A stretch of DNA of 41,207 nucleotides, taken from the NCBI GenBank assembly GCA_050298055.1, contig JBNKTL010000047.1:1-41207 (forward strand), in the 5' to 3' direction. Positions within the stretch are counted from its first letter, which is position 1. Each line of letters starts with the position of its first letter. The stretch comes from Spirochaetota bacterium (GTDB taxonomy: Bacteria > Spirochaetota > UBA4802 > UBA5550). The position numbers and the translations under genes are program-made. The notes beneath the pieces are model-generated. The model was not told the DNA's origin, did not search any database, and saw only the letters and a program-made list of their open reading frames with translations. Positions 1-9,964 of this stretch are shown in pieces.

Positions 1-960
1 TTCCACCCCAAAGCCCTTCTTGATGTGCTGGGTCATCCGCCTTGAAACAACGTCCCGGGAGGCCAGGTCCTGTTTATCCGGTTCATAGTCGGGCATGAAC
101 CTGTGACCGTCTTTGTCAACCAGGAACCCGCCGTCTCCCCTGCATCCTTCCGTGACCAGGATATCCGTGGGGACGATCCCCGTGGGGTGAAACTGGACCG
201 CTTCCATGTTCCCCAGGGGAACAACACCTGTTGCCAGGGCAATGGCCGCGCCGGTCCCTTCGTTGATCATGGCATTGGTGGACGCCCCGTATATCCGTCC
301 GAAGCCCCCGGTGCCGATCACTGTGGATTTGGCGTAGTATGTGGAGAGACTCCCGTCCCTGAGGCTCCGGGCAATGGCCCCGTAACACCTGCCCCCTTCA
401 TGTACCAGGGAGACCGCTTCCATCCTGTCATGGACCTCTATTTTATGCTGGATGATAAGGTTGTCCATGGCAAAGAGAACGGAGTGGCCGGTGCCGTCAG
501 CGGTGTAGCATGTCCGCCACTTCGCGGTGCCCCCGAAGCTTCGCGCCGTTATCAGCCCCTCCTTCTTTTCGTCTTCCACAATGGTCTGTTTTTTCCCCTT
601 GATATAAACTTCGGCGGGGCCCCCCTTGACCCTGTTCCAGGGAACACCGTAGTGTGCCATCTCCCTCATGGCTGTGGGGGCGTTATCCACGAAGAGCCTT
701 ACCACCTCCTGGTCGGCACCCCAGTCCGAGCCCCTCACGGTATCAAGGAAGTGGATGGTGGGATTATCCCCCTTTCCCTTTACGGTATTTCCCAGGGCGG
801 CCTGCATTCCCCCCTGTGCGGCGGAGGAATGGCTCCTCTTGGGGGGGACCAGGGAGAGTATTGTCACGCTGAGCCCCTTTTTTGCCGCCTCCAGTGCCAC
901 ACGTTCCCCGGCCAGTCCGGCGCCGATTATCAGTACGTCAGAAGTATATGTATCACTCAT
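1..960 (-). CDS. frdA: Fumarate reductase/succinate dehydrogenase flavoprotein subunit, Wolinella/Desulfovibrio type (partial, runs off window start)
   Basis: Absent from the ORF track because there is no stop in the window. Manual translation from ATG 960 is open for 320 codons: [18 protein letters not shown] (FAD Rossmann), [10 protein letters not shown] (covalent FAD His), [30 protein letters not shown]. Directly follows frdC. Confidence 0.96.
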   Translation of the reverse strand, partial: MSDTYTSDVLIIGAGLAGERVALEAAKKGLSVTILSLVPPKRSHSSAAQGGMQAALGNTVKGKGDNPTIHFLDTVRGSDWGADQEVVRLFVDNAPTAMREMAHYGVPWNRVKGGPAEVYIKGKKQTIVEDEKKEGLITARSFGGTAKWRTCYTADGTGHSVLFAMDNLIIQHKIEVHDRMEAVSLVHEGGRCYGAIARSLRDGSLSTYYAKSTVIGTGGFGRIYGASTNAMINEGTGAAIALATGVVPLGNMEAVQFHPTGIVPTDILVTEGCRGDGGFLVDKDGHRFMPDYEPDKQDLASRDVVSRRMTQHIKKGFGVE

Positions 961-976
961 TATTTCTTCTCCTTAT

Positions 977-1753
977 TTACACCAGGCTGAATCTGCCCGC
1001 GAGTCCCAGTACGGCGGCTATATTAAGTATCACGTAGACCATGAAGAGGACCAGGCATATTGCGTACGCGGTTTTTCTGTTGAGGCGTGTGTCGGATATC
1101 CATTTTACCGCGAGCCGGTAAAGCCCAATGGTCATGTGAACAATCACCGCAAAACCGAGAAGGATATAGAGTATCCAGAGACCGCTCTCCACCCTGCTTG
1201 AGGATATCTGCGCGGTGAACCCGTGGGTGTCCGCGAAGCCCATGTCGGTAAAGAGGTTCCACATGACCAGAAAAAGGTGGAAAGCCCCCAGGGCAAGGAC
1301 CGTCATCCCCGTCCTGACCTGCCAGAGCCAGAGGGACGTTTCACTGTGTTTCCTCTGCCTGATGGCGTTTTTCTTCTGCTGCCATCTACCGGAGGCCTTC
1401 TTTATACTTAATCCCAGTTCCATCATCCTCCGCCTCTCTGCCAGCCGCCCGGGGATCTTCCTGCCTGCGTAGACAAAATGGAAAAAGAACACAATGGTTA
1501 TCACAAATATCGAGACCTGGGCTATGGGAAGGGTCTTCTCCATAAACCCGGCAACCATTTCATAGGTCTCTTTCCCCAGGAGTATCGAGCTTTCCAGGAC
1601 AAGGTGCCCCATGATAAATGATGCCAGGAGGAGCCCCGTTCCCCCGCTGATGATTTCTGCCCTGAGGACCCTCATGGATTTTGACCAGGCCCGGCTCCCC
1701 TTTCCTCCTCCCTTTACGGATTGAGGGTAGAGGTTTGTTTTTACTTCGTTCAT
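977..1753 (-). CDS. frdC: Dihaem cytochrome b membrane anchor of succinate:quinone oxidoreductase (type B)
   Basis: About 5 TM helices, four haem-ligand His (H50, H92, H159, H206), motifs TGLLLASFIMGH..SILLG, LWLWQVRTG and GLYRLAVKW; directly upstream of frdA. Confidence 0.93.
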   Translation of the reverse strand: MNEVKTNLYPQSVKGGGKGSRAWSKSMRVLRAEIISGGTGLLLASFIMGHLVLESSILLGKETYEMVAGFMEKTLPIAQVSIFVITIVFFFHFVYAGRKIPGRLAERRRMMELGLSIKKASGRWQQKKNAIRQRKHSETSLWLWQVRTGMTVLALGAFHLFLVMWNLFTDMGFADTHGFTAQISSSRVESGLWILYILLGFAVIVHMTIGLYRLAVKWISDTRLNRKTAYAICLVLFMVYVILNIAAVLGLAGRFSLV

Positions 1754-1778
1754 TATACTATCCCTTTTTAATATTTAG

Positions 1779-1850
1779 CCCCCCATCCCCCCAAAGGGGG
1801 CGCAAGATAATTTTTCAAAAATTCTTATACCCCCTCCGGGGGTTAGGGGG
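1779..1850. repeat. REP/MITE-like imperfect inverted repeat
   Basis: Left arm ccccccatccccccaaaggggg (1779-1800) and right arm ccccctccgggggttaggggg (1830-1850) are imperfect reverse complements around an AT-rich inner stem; intergenic between malic enzyme and frdC. Confidence 0.6.
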
Positions 1851-1890
1851 TCTTCCTCCGTGCTTTTTGCGCCTGTGGTTCAATCTTTCT

Positions 1891-3351
1891 TTATTTCACG
1901 GCCTCGATGGCCTTCTTTACCGCGTCTTCCAGTAAGCTGCTGTCCGGTTTGTGGATAATGTTGTTATCCATGAGAATATCCATGGTCTTCCGGGCTTCCA
2001 GTATATCCTCAAGGGTTGTTTTATAGACATCTTCACGGCTTTTCTCAATGGTTGCCACCCCGTTTTTCATGGCCTCCATGGCAACATCGGCCGCTTCTTC
2101 GGCAAAGACTTCGGTCTCACTCATTGTGCTGATGATGTTGTCGGGATCAATCCCTCTCTTTTCCGCGAAGTTTGCCAGTGAATATGCCGCGGCAATAGCC
2201 ATTTCATCGGTTATCTTCCTGGCCCTTACCGCAAGTGCCCCTTTAAGTATCCCGGGAAAACCGAGAGAGTTGTTCACCTGGTTGGGAAAATCTCCCCGTC
2301 CCGTGGCCACAATATACGCACCGGCTTCTTTGGCAGCGTAGGGGTAGATCTCCGGTACCGGGTTTGAACAGGTGAAGACAATGGATTTATCGGCCATTCT
2401 GCCGATCCACTCCGGCTTTATCACATCGGGTCCCGGTCTGCTCAGGGCCACCAGGACGTCCGCGTCCTTCATGGCGGTGTCCATGTCGTTGATCTTATCC
2501 GGATTTGTTGTCTCGCAGAGTTCCCACTTTCTATAAAAGGCGGGCTTTGACTTGATATCGTCTCTTCCCTTATGGAGACCGCCCTTTGAATCGAACATGA
2601 CAACATGCCCGGGGTCCATACCGGCCTTGATAAGGAGCCGCGCGATTGTGGTATTGGATGCCCCCGCGCCGAAAAGTACCGCTTTCACTTTGCTGATATC
2701 CTTGTCCGCTATCCTGAGGGCGTTGATCAGGCCCGCCAGGGTGACACAGGCCGTTCCCTGGGCGTCATCGTGCCAGACCGGGATGTTACACTCTTCCCTC
2801 AGTGTGTCCAGGACCTTGAAGCAGTTGGGCTGTGATATATCTTCCAGGTTTACACCGCCGAAGCTCGGTTCGGCCATCTTCACAAAGTCAATAATTTTGT
2901 CCGGGTCATGCTCGCCCTTTTCATTATAGCTGTTCATGCAGAGGGCGACTGCGTCAACGCCTCCCAGGTACTTCATCAGGAATGCCTTTCCCTCCATGAC
3001 TCCCAGTCCACCCGGGGGCGTGCAGTCTCCGTCTCCGAGAACACGGGTTGAGTCTGAAATAACCGCGATAAGGTTCCCCCTGTTGGAGAGTTCAAATGAA
3101 GCTTCATTGTTATCTCTTATGGTGGTGGACACCTTTGAAACACCGGGAGTATACCATACGTTGAACCAGTTAAATCCGTATATCCCGGCCTTGGGAAGGG
3201 TCATGATTTTCCCGCTGTAGAATTTATGGGTGGTATAAGAAAGTTCCTTTAAAAAAACTGTTTTTGCCTTTGCCAGCTGTTCCTGGGTAAAATCATCAGG
3301 AAAGTAAGAATTTAAATCGCCCAGTGATAAATCAGGTTTTTTCATTTTCAT
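1891..3351 (-). CDS. NAD(P)-dependent malic enzyme (oxaloacetate-decarboxylating, no PTA domain)
   Basis: YTPGV, VLGDGD, VMEGKA, VNLEDISQP, VWHDDAQGTA, GAGAS, TGRGDFPNQVNNSLGFPGI motifs; carries an N-terminal extension of roughly 50 aa. Confidence 0.95.
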   Translation of the reverse strand: MKMKKPDLSLGDLNSYFPDDFTQEQLAKAKTVFLKELSYTTHKFYSGKIMTLPKAGIYGFNWFNVWYTPGVSKVSTTIRDNNEASFELSNRGNLIAVISDSTRVLGDGDCTPPGGLGVMEGKAFLMKYLGGVDAVALCMNSYNEKGEHDPDKIIDFVKMAEPSFGGVNLEDISQPNCFKVLDTLREECNIPVWHDDAQGTACVTLAGLINALRIADKDISKVKAVLFGAGASNTTIARLLIKAGMDPGHVVMFDSKGGLHKGRDDIKSKPAFYRKWELCETTNPDKINDMDTAMKDADVLVALSRPGPDVIKPEWIGRMADKSIVFTCSNPVPEIYPYAAKEAGAYIVATGRGDFPNQVNNSLGFPGILKGALAVRARKITDEMAIAAAYSLANFAEKRGIDPDNIISTMSETEVFAEEAADVAMEAMKNGVATIEKSREDVYKTTLEDILEARKTMDILMDNNIIHKPDSSLLEDAVKKAIEAVK

Positions 3352-3392
3352 TCACCTTTTTTAAATAGTATTGAGATAATTGCCCCGGAGAA

Positions 3393-3944
3393 CTACCTGC
3401 TGTATTTTTTTATTCCTTCTTTATAGAGGTCATTCCCGTAAGCGTCGTTGATTACGATGACGGGGAAGTCTTCCACTTCCATTTTTCTGATAGCTTCAGG
3501 CCCGAGATCTTCGTACGCGATGACTTTTGAGCTCTTAATGCACTTGGATATCAGTGCTCCCGCTCCTCCTGTTGCCGCAAGATAGACTGCTTTGTTCTCC
3601 TTCATTGCTTCAATGACCTCCTCTGACCTGCCTCCCTTCCCGATCATCCCCTTGAGGCCCAGTTTGAGAAGCCGGGGGGAATAGGCGTCCATCCTGTAGC
3701 TGGTTGTGGGACCGGCTGATCCCGCGGGATTTCCCGGCCGCGCCGGTGTGGGCCCCACGTAGTATATTATCTGCCCTTTCAGGTCCACAGGCAGCTCTTT
3801 GCCGCTGTCGATGAGTTCTACCAGCCTCTTATGGGCGGCATCGCGGCCGGTCAGTATTGTTCCGGTGATCAGCAGCCGGTCGCCGCTTTTTAACTTCATA
3901 ATTGTCTCGTCATCTACAGGGGTGGTAATTTTTATTTCAGCCAT
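3393..3944 (-). CDS. Class I (Fe-S) fumarate hydratase, beta subunit (tartrate dehydratase beta-like family)
   Basis: TGRDAAH, YYVGP, GPTTSYRMD, MIGKG, DLGPEAI motifs. Start placed at 3944 behind GAGAGGGAG; the ORF track uses 3971. Confidence 0.92.
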   Translation of the reverse strand: MAEIKITTPVDDETIMKLKSGDRLLITGTILTGRDAAHKRLVELIDSGKELPVDLKGQIIYYVGPTPARPGNPAGSAGPTTSYRMDAYSPRLLKLGLKGMIGKGGRSEEVIEAMKENKAVYLAATGGAGALISKCIKSSKVIAYEDLGPEAIRKMEVEDFPVIVINDAYGNDLYKEGIKKYSR

Positions 3945-4028
3945 TTTCTCCCTCTCGATTTTGTCCGTCATTGTCAGAATGTTACCTGCCGCCCGGGAAA
4001 ATCATATCAGGCAACACTTCATTGAATT

Positions 4029-4868
4029 TTAAAGCACGATCTCCTTGTGCCTGCTTGAATGGCAGTTTATGTTCACTGCCAGGGGCAGACTGGCAATATG
4101 ACACGGGTGCATTTCAATATGGACCGCCAGTGAGGTGATCCTTCCGCCAAAACCGTGAGGGCCGATGCCCAGGTCGTTTATCCTGTTGAGAATATCTTCT
4201 TCTATTTCGGCAAGTTCCGGGTCGGGGTTCTTTGATCCGATTGGCCGTAAAAGCGCCTTCTTTGCTATGAGCGCCGCTTTTTCAAATGTTCCCCCGATTC
4301 CCACGCCAACTACTGTGGGAGGGCAGGGGTTGGCCCCCGATTCCCTGACCCTGTTAACCACGTAATCTTTAATCCCCTCCACACCGTCCGAGGGTTTCAG
4401 CATTGTGACCCTGCTCATGTTTTCACTGCCCCCTCCTTTGGGCGCAATGATGATCTTCAGTTTATCACCGGGGACCAGGTCAACATGAACGATAGCCGGG
4501 GTATTGTCACCTGTATTCTTTCGTGAAAAGGGGTGGCAGATAGATTTTCTCAGGTAGCCTTCCTCGTATCCCTGTATGACCCCCTGGTTGATGGCATCAA
4601 CCAGGTTCCCGCCGTTTATCTTTACATCATCTCCCAGTTCCACGAAGAATACGGCGAAACCGGTGTCCTGGCAGAGGGCGAGTTTTTCTTTCTTTGCGAT
4701 TTCAGCATTCTTCAGAAGCTGGTCAAAAACATCCTTCCCCGCATCAGATTCTTCCCGTTCCCTGCTTTTTCTGTACGATTCAATAACATCATCCTCCAGT
4801 TCAAAGTTTGACGTCATGCAGATCTCTTTAACCTTTCCAACAACATCATTGTACTCGATCGTTTTCAT
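4029..4868 (-). CDS. Class I (Fe-S) fumarate hydratase, alpha subunit
   Basis: CQDTG, PKGGGSEN, NPCPP and NCH cluster-ligand motifs. Fumarase rather than tartrate dehydratase is inferred from the frd/malic enzyme context. Confidence 0.92.
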   Translation of the reverse strand: MKTIEYNDVVGKVKEICMTSNFELEDDVIESYRKSREREESDAGKDVFDQLLKNAEIAKKEKLALCQDTGFAVFFVELGDDVKINGGNLVDAINQGVIQGYEEGYLRKSICHPFSRKNTGDNTPAIVHVDLVPGDKLKIIIAPKGGGSENMSRVTMLKPSDGVEGIKDYVVNRVRESGANPCPPTVVGVGIGGTFEKAALIAKKALLRPIGSKNPDPELAEIEEDILNRINDLGIGPHGFGGRITSLAVHIEMHPCHIASLPLAVNINCHSSRHKEIVL

Positions 4869-5068
4869 AAAATTAATCCTTTTTTCAGTAATAATCCCTA
4901 AAATTTAAATCCGTGGCCAATCTTTTAAAAGTATAATTAGAAAGTAAGTTCAGGAATTTCTTTTTTACAAATTAATAATTGCTCTTTAACCGGCACAGCT
5001 GTCTTTCTTGGATTACTCCTCTTTTTTACCATTAAAAAATAACAATATCAAGTATTAATGATCAAATA

Positions 5069-5086
5069 CGGGAAAATTGTTTCCCG
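5069..5086 (-). terminator. Weak hairpin just after gntR stop (possible terminator)
   Basis: cgggaaa-attg-tttcccg, 7-bp stem followed by tattt on the minus strand. Confidence 0.35.
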
Positions 5087-5097
5087 GATAACGGGAC

Positions 5098-5832
5098 CTA
5101 CCTCTCCTTTTCAAGGACCACCTTGAACTTGTACCTGTTCTCAACAAAGTGTGTCCAGACAACTTCCACAGGGCTGTTGTCCGTTGCATAGACCGATGTT
5201 TTGATTGTGAGGACAGGATCGAGTACTGCCACTTTCAGAAGTTCCGATATCTCTGAATCTGCCCGGGTAATTTCCACTTCATGGTGTATGGTGCCGAGGT
5301 TTATCCCGGCCACTGTTTCAAGAGACTCCAGCATTGTATACTGTTCCAGCTGCTTCCTGCTTATGAGTTCTGCTGTTTCAACCGGGAGATAATTTATCGT
5401 ATAACTCATAGGCTCTTTTTCAATATACCGTATTCTTTTAAATGCCACAACATCGTTGCTGTTTCCGAAAAATTCTGTTATTTCACGGTCTGTTTTTACC
5501 TGTTTTTTGGAAAGGACCTTTACGGTTGTGGTTTCCTGTACCGCAAAGATCTGCCTGTTTATGCCGGAGAGCTTTTCTTTCCGGATTGTTCCTGTTGACT
5601 CAGTCCAGAATGTGCCCTTTCCCTGTTTTTTGTGTATGTATTCTTTCTTGAGCAGGTGATCCAGGGCCTTTCTGATTGTTGTCCTGCTTACATCGAACAT
5701 CTCTGTAAGTTTTTCTTCAGTGGGAAGCATCCTGCTGCGGTCCAGTTCGCCTTTCTGCAGCATATGGATAAGATAGTCTGCTATCTGGTAGTGGAGCGGG
5801 ATCTGGGTGTTATCAAGTTTTATTTTTTCCAT
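5098..5832 (-). CDS. GntR-family transcriptional regulator, HutC/UTRA subfamily
   Basis: PLHYQI..LPTEEKL..FDVSRTTIRKAL..QGKGTF winged HTH plus a C-terminal UTRA-like domain (RIRYIEKEPMSY). Confidence 0.95.
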   Translation of the reverse strand: MEKIKLDNTQIPLHYQIADYLIHMLQKGELDRSRMLPTEEKLTEMFDVSRTTIRKALDHLLKKEYIHKKQGKGTFWTESTGTIRKEKLSGINRQIFAVQETTTVKVLSKKQVKTDREITEFFGNSNDVVAFKRIRYIEKEPMSYTINYLPVETAELISRKQLEQYTMLESLETVAGINLGTIHHEVEITRADSEISELLKVAVLDPVLTIKTSVYATDNSPVEVVWTHFVENRYKFKVVLEKER

Positions 5833-5849
5833 TATACTGTTTTATGAAC

Positions 5850-5877
5850 TTGTCTATTTGTATCAACAATAATACAA
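5850..5877 (-). promoter_or_regulatory. Putative GntR operator, copy 1 (upstream of gntR)
   Basis: Minus strand TTGTATTATTGTTGATACAAATAGACAA, 27/28 identical to 29253-29280; TTGACA lies 20 nt upstream (5903-5898). Confidence 0.75.
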
Positions 5878-6174
5878 ATGAACCGGTCTGCTCTTTCTGT
5901 CAATTAAAAACCGGATTTTGAGAAAAAAAGCGGTAATTCAAATCTTTTCACTTGTATTATGAAACAGGTAGTGATAAAGACTATAAGTGACTTTATTTCA
6001 TCTGGCGGTGAATAACAGGGTAAATTGATTTGACAAAGAAAGTATAAAGAACAAAATGATTAAATATTTTAGTATCTACTGGAATATTTTGTTCACAAAC
6101 AGTCATGAGCAGTAAATCATGAAATGAGTCGATTTGGATGTATACTCATATTTATATATAGAGGATTTAATCTT

Positions 6175-6978
6175 ATGAGTATACAATTACTAAAAAAAGG
6201 ACCAATTTTAAAGAAAAACTTTAAACCGGTTTTAATCATTTTAACTGCCGTATCTCTTCTGGTCACGGGATGTGGCAGTGACAGTGATCTGATACCTCAA
6301 TTTATGCAGGCCGCATCCAAAGGGGATCTTAAAACAGTGAAGTTCTTTGTTGAGAAGGGCAAGGTTAATACAAAGGACAAGTTCGGTTATACAGCTCTCA
6401 TATGCGCTGCAAACAACGGCCATTTTGAAACAGTAAAGTTCCTTGTTGAGAACAATGCCGATGTTAATGCCCGGAGTGAATCCGGGTGGACACCTCTCCT
6501 GGGGGCCGCGAACAACGGGCACCTGGAAATAGTAAAGTTTCTTATCGCGAAAAAAGCAAGTATTAACGCTAAGAACAAATCCGGCTGGACTGCTATAACA
6601 GGCGCTTCCAATAATGACCATCTTGAGATCGTCAAGCTCCTTATTAAGAACGGTGCCGATGTTAATTCCAAAAATACATCCGGCTGTTATTCCGGCTGGA
6701 CAGCTTTAATAGGCGCTTCGCGCAGTGGTAATGTAGAGATCGTTAAATTACTTTTGGCGCAAAAAGGGATCGAAATTAATATCAGTGATAAGAACGGGTG
6801 GACTGCGCTGATCCATGCTGCGAATGAAGGGTACCTTGAAGTGGTCAGGCTCCTTTTATCGAGAAAGGATCTTAATATTAACTCCCGGGACAAGTATGGG
6901 CAGACTGCTTTAAAATGCGCTACATTGAACGGCCATAACGATGTTGCGGATTATCTGAAAAAACACGGGGCTATTTAA
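6175..6978 (+). CDS. Ankyrin-repeat lipoprotein
   Basis: Hydrophobic signal ending in LLVTG-C; about 7 ankyrin repeats (GWTAL..AA.NGHLEIVKLL...ADVN). Start uncertain (6124 in the ORF track). Confidence 0.88.
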   Translation: MSIQLLKKGPILKKNFKPVLIILTAVSLLVTGCGSDSDLIPQFMQAASKGDLKTVKFFVEKGKVNTKDKFGYTALICAANNGHFETVKFLVENNADVNARSESGWTPLLGAANNGHLEIVKFLIAKKASINAKNKSGWTAITGASNNDHLEIVKLLIKNGADVNSKNTSGCYSGWTALIGASRSGNVEIVKLLLAQKGIEINISDKNGWTALIHAANEGYLEVVRLLLSRKDLNINSRDKYGQTALKCATLNGHNDVADYLKKHGAI

Positions 6979-6999
6979 TACAATTTCAAATTCACGGTG

Positions 7000-8217
7000 T
7001 TATCTCCTGTCCCAGGCAGGTGTGGGATAGAGAGGTTTCCTGGTAGCTACATCCTTTGGCCATACGGTTTCAAGTTTCCCTTTTTGCCACTGGACAAGAA
7101 ATGTGGGAAGTTTGTTCTGTTGTGTCTTTTTGCCGTATGATATGAATTTGACGGGTCCAAAGATTGTTTCCATATCTGTTGCTGCCAGGGCATCTCTCAC
7201 ATCTTTTGCTGAAAGGGACCTGGCTCTTTTCAGAGCGTCCGCGATAACATACATGGCCGCATACGCTTCCGCCCCGTGGTATTCTGTGGAAGTGTTGTAT
7301 TTCTTAACAAAGTTATCATAGTACTCTTTCGCACCAGCATAGGGAACCGATGGAGTCCAGAGTGTTGCGGAATAAACAAATTCGGTTGTTGAACCTGCAT
7401 TCTTCTGGAATTCGGGGAGTGTAAATCCAGCGGCCCCCCCCACAAAGAGTTTTGGATTCAGGTTGAGTTCCTTTGACTGTCTCATGAGGAGGGAAGCGTC
7501 CATAATATAGGAGATCATATAGATCATATGAGGTTGTTTTGCCTTAATATTGGTAAGGAGGGGTTTAAAATCAACGACGCCTGCCTCATAGCCCTCTTTC
7601 ATGAGCACCTTGAGTCCAAGCTTTTCAGCAAGCTGAGCAAATTTCTCTGATCCTGACTGGCCAAAGAGTGAGTTTTCATGAAGGATTGCAACAGTTTTTA
7701 CGTCCTTCGCGATTTTTGCAAGGAATGATTTTAACGCACCCGGGTATTCACTTACCGGGGGATTCAGCCTGAAGATATACTTCCATCCCTGCTCGGTAAT
7801 TCTGTCTGCTGACCCGGTATTAACAAGAAAAGGGACCTTTTGCTGTTGTGCTACGGCTATTGCTGCCCATGTAACAGAGCTTGAATATCCCCCTCCGATC
7901 ACTACGACTTTGTCCTCTGTTATCAGTTTCTCTATGGAAGATCTTCCCACATCAGGTTTTCCCGTAGTATCCTCAAATAATAGTTCAACCTTTTTCCCGT
8001 TAACACCGCCTCTGGCATTTATCTCATCTGCCGCCATAACGAAGGATTTTTTCTCAATTTCTCCGAATTTTGCGAGCTTGCCGGTCAGGGGCAGCAGTAT
8101 GCCGATTTTTATGGCATCCTCATCGATACCCGATTTTTTCCCGCATGAAAACATAAAGAAGCTGTTGATTGAAAGAACCGAAACAATAATGAGAAGCTTT
8201 AATAAGTGCTTTTTCAT
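7000..8217 (-). CDS. Branched-chain amino acid type (LivJ/K-like) ABC substrate-binding lipoprotein
   Basis: AAGGAGGT SD before ATG 8217; FMFS-C lipobox; IKIGILLPLTG, INARGGVNGKKVEL, GGYSSSVT and FRLNP motifs. Confidence 0.92.
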   Translation of the reverse strand: MKKHLLKLLIIVSVLSINSFFMFSCGKKSGIDEDAIKIGILLPLTGKLAKFGEIEKKSFVMAADEINARGGVNGKKVELLFEDTTGKPDVGRSSIEKLITEDKVVVIGGGYSSSVTWAAIAVAQQQKVPFLVNTGSADRITEQGWKYIFRLNPPVSEYPGALKSFLAKIAKDVKTVAILHENSLFGQSGSEKFAQLAEKLGLKVLMKEGYEAGVVDFKPLLTNIKAKQPHMIYMISYIMDASLLMRQSKELNLNPKLFVGGAAGFTLPEFQKNAGSTTEFVYSATLWTPSVPYAGAKEYYDNFVKKYNTSTEYHGAEAYAAMYVIADALKRARSLSAKDVRDALAATDMETIFGPVKFISYGKKTQQNKLPTFLVQWQKGKLETVWPKDVATRKPLYPTPAWDRR

Positions 8218-8468
8218 TGTAAACCTCCTTTGATTCTTATACTTAATGTTCCCGGTATCCAATAATCATAAATCTGCGGGAAAACTCTTCTCCGGTTTAT
8301 CGGCTGTCATGCTCTTACCAGGTTGAATGATTGAGAATATATCATTGAGCAGTGATTTTACCACACTAAAAACTCTCAGAGTATGTGGGGATTTTTAAGT
8401 AAAGTCAATAAAAAATTAAAATTGTTTTGCTCATTAAATGGAAGAAGTTTTATCGATGGGGTTATCTA

Positions 8469-9959
8469 TTAATCTGAAAGTAATTCGGCTTCACTGTATT
8501 TACTTTTCAGCTCATCATGCAGTTCATTGAATTCTTTTTCATTTTCAATATTGAACATCCCGAGTATTTCATCCTCGATAAAATAGTAATTAAACCGTTT
8601 CTCTTCTATGGAGCAGATCTGGTTTGCCAGGTAAGTGATGAACACGATCTCCCTGTTTTGACTGTCTGCTAAAAGCAGGGGTGAATGATGATACTTTATT
8701 GTGTCTACCAGGTAGTGGGGAAGGTTCCATTGCGCTGCGATAAGTTCCCCTATTGATGAATGGCTTATCCCGATTGAGACTTCTTCAATAACCGTAGATG
8801 TTCTGAGCGCCCTGTTCTTCGTAATTTCCGATATCCATTCGGCCAGGCTTGAATTGGTGGAAAGAAGAACAATCTTTCCCAGGTCATGTAGCAGGCCGGA
8901 GAGGTAGACGCGGTCTGAGATTCTGGAATAACCGTATTTCATTGCAATTGCCCTTGCGTAAAAAGCAGTCTTATTGCAGTGGTCCCAGATTTTCCTGAAT
9001 GTTGAGTATTTCTGGTTGATGATTTTTCTGGCACTGGATGCAAGAAGTATTGCCTTGAGGTTCCTGAGACCGATCACCTTTATTGCGTCAAGGATATTTT
9101 CAATTCGCTTCCTGGTTATAAAGCCCGCAGAGTTAGAGAGTTTAAGGACAGAAGCGGATAATGACGGGTCCAGTGAAATTTTTTGCGCGATTTTTGAAAG
9201 TTCAATATTGGGTATATGGCACATCTCCTGGATTTCAAGAACACTTTCCGGAAGTGTGGGCAGTTCCTTTATCTCCTCCAGTATTTTAGCCTGAATAATA
9301 GTGGTTATGGATTGCGGCTTTGGTTCAAAGGGTATGAAAAGTGAGGACTCTGTGGAATGATCGGAAGATTCTATTTTCAGTGAATCTTCGCCAATCCCTG
9401 AATTTCTGAGAAAGAGAAGCGTCAGGATTATTCCAAGCCCTTCTCCCTCGATATCATCTGCAATTTCGCCGTATGCTTCCGAAAAATCATTTATTTTTTT
9501 GGCCATTGAATACCGGTGTTCAATTCTTTTCAGCTCATCCGGGAGGATAGAGCTGTTGTTTGCTATCTTAAACCTGAAGCCTCCCGGTCCCTTAACAATG
9601 TGTATGGTTACCCTGAAGCCCCTCTCCTTGAGTTCAGTTTCACATGAATCCTGGTTGTCTATGATAAATGATTTGAAATTCTGCATCCCGCTGTGATAGT
9701 CATCAGGATTTTCAATGTTCATATTGAGCTTATTAAAGTAGATCCGTTTTGTGTTTGCTTTTACGGCGTTTACGATTATCTCCCTGAGGATTGTCATGAG
9801 GGTACTGTGAAGGTATACAAGGTTATTTCTCGATAATATCTTTAAGACAAGTGAACTTAAAAAACCGATTGTTTTTTTATTATGATAAAAAAAAGACAGC
9901 TTGATATCTTTCCCCTTATCAAGGTTATTACTCAGTTCTGAGGTTTTCTGTGCTATCAT
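8469..9959 (-). CDS. HATPase-like + HDOD domain signalling protein
   Basis: N-terminal EIIVNAVKAN and EGEGLGI boxes; C-terminal LPTLP..DPSLSASVLKLSNSA..WDHC..GLLHDLGK..H..IG..IAAQWNLP..HH HDOD motifs. Confidence 0.9.
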   Translation of the reverse strand: MIAQKTSELSNNLDKGKDIKLSFFYHNKKTIGFLSSLVLKILSRNNLVYLHSTLMTILREIIVNAVKANTKRIYFNKLNMNIENPDDYHSGMQNFKSFIIDNQDSCETELKERGFRVTIHIVKGPGGFRFKIANNSSILPDELKRIEHRYSMAKKINDFSEAYGEIADDIEGEGLGIILTLLFLRNSGIGEDSLKIESSDHSTESSLFIPFEPKPQSITTIIQAKILEEIKELPTLPESVLEIQEMCHIPNIELSKIAQKISLDPSLSASVLKLSNSAGFITRKRIENILDAIKVIGLRNLKAILLASSARKIINQKYSTFRKIWDHCNKTAFYARAIAMKYGYSRISDRVYLSGLLHDLGKIVLLSTNSSLAEWISEITKNRALRTSTVIEEVSIGISHSSIGELIAAQWNLPHYLVDTIKYHHSPLLLADSQNREIVFITYLANQICSIEEKRFNYYFIEDEILGMFNIENEKEFNELHDELKSKYSEAELLSD

Positions 9960-9964
9960 TATGA

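Noticed and set aside
103..990. 295-aa plus-strand ORF
   Set aside because: Antisense shadow of frdA, which carries all the family motifs on the minus strand.
8218..8468. Possible amino-acid riboswitch or T-box upstream of the binding protein
   Set aside because: Only short hairpins; no glycine, lysine, SAM or T-box consensus recognised on the coding strand.
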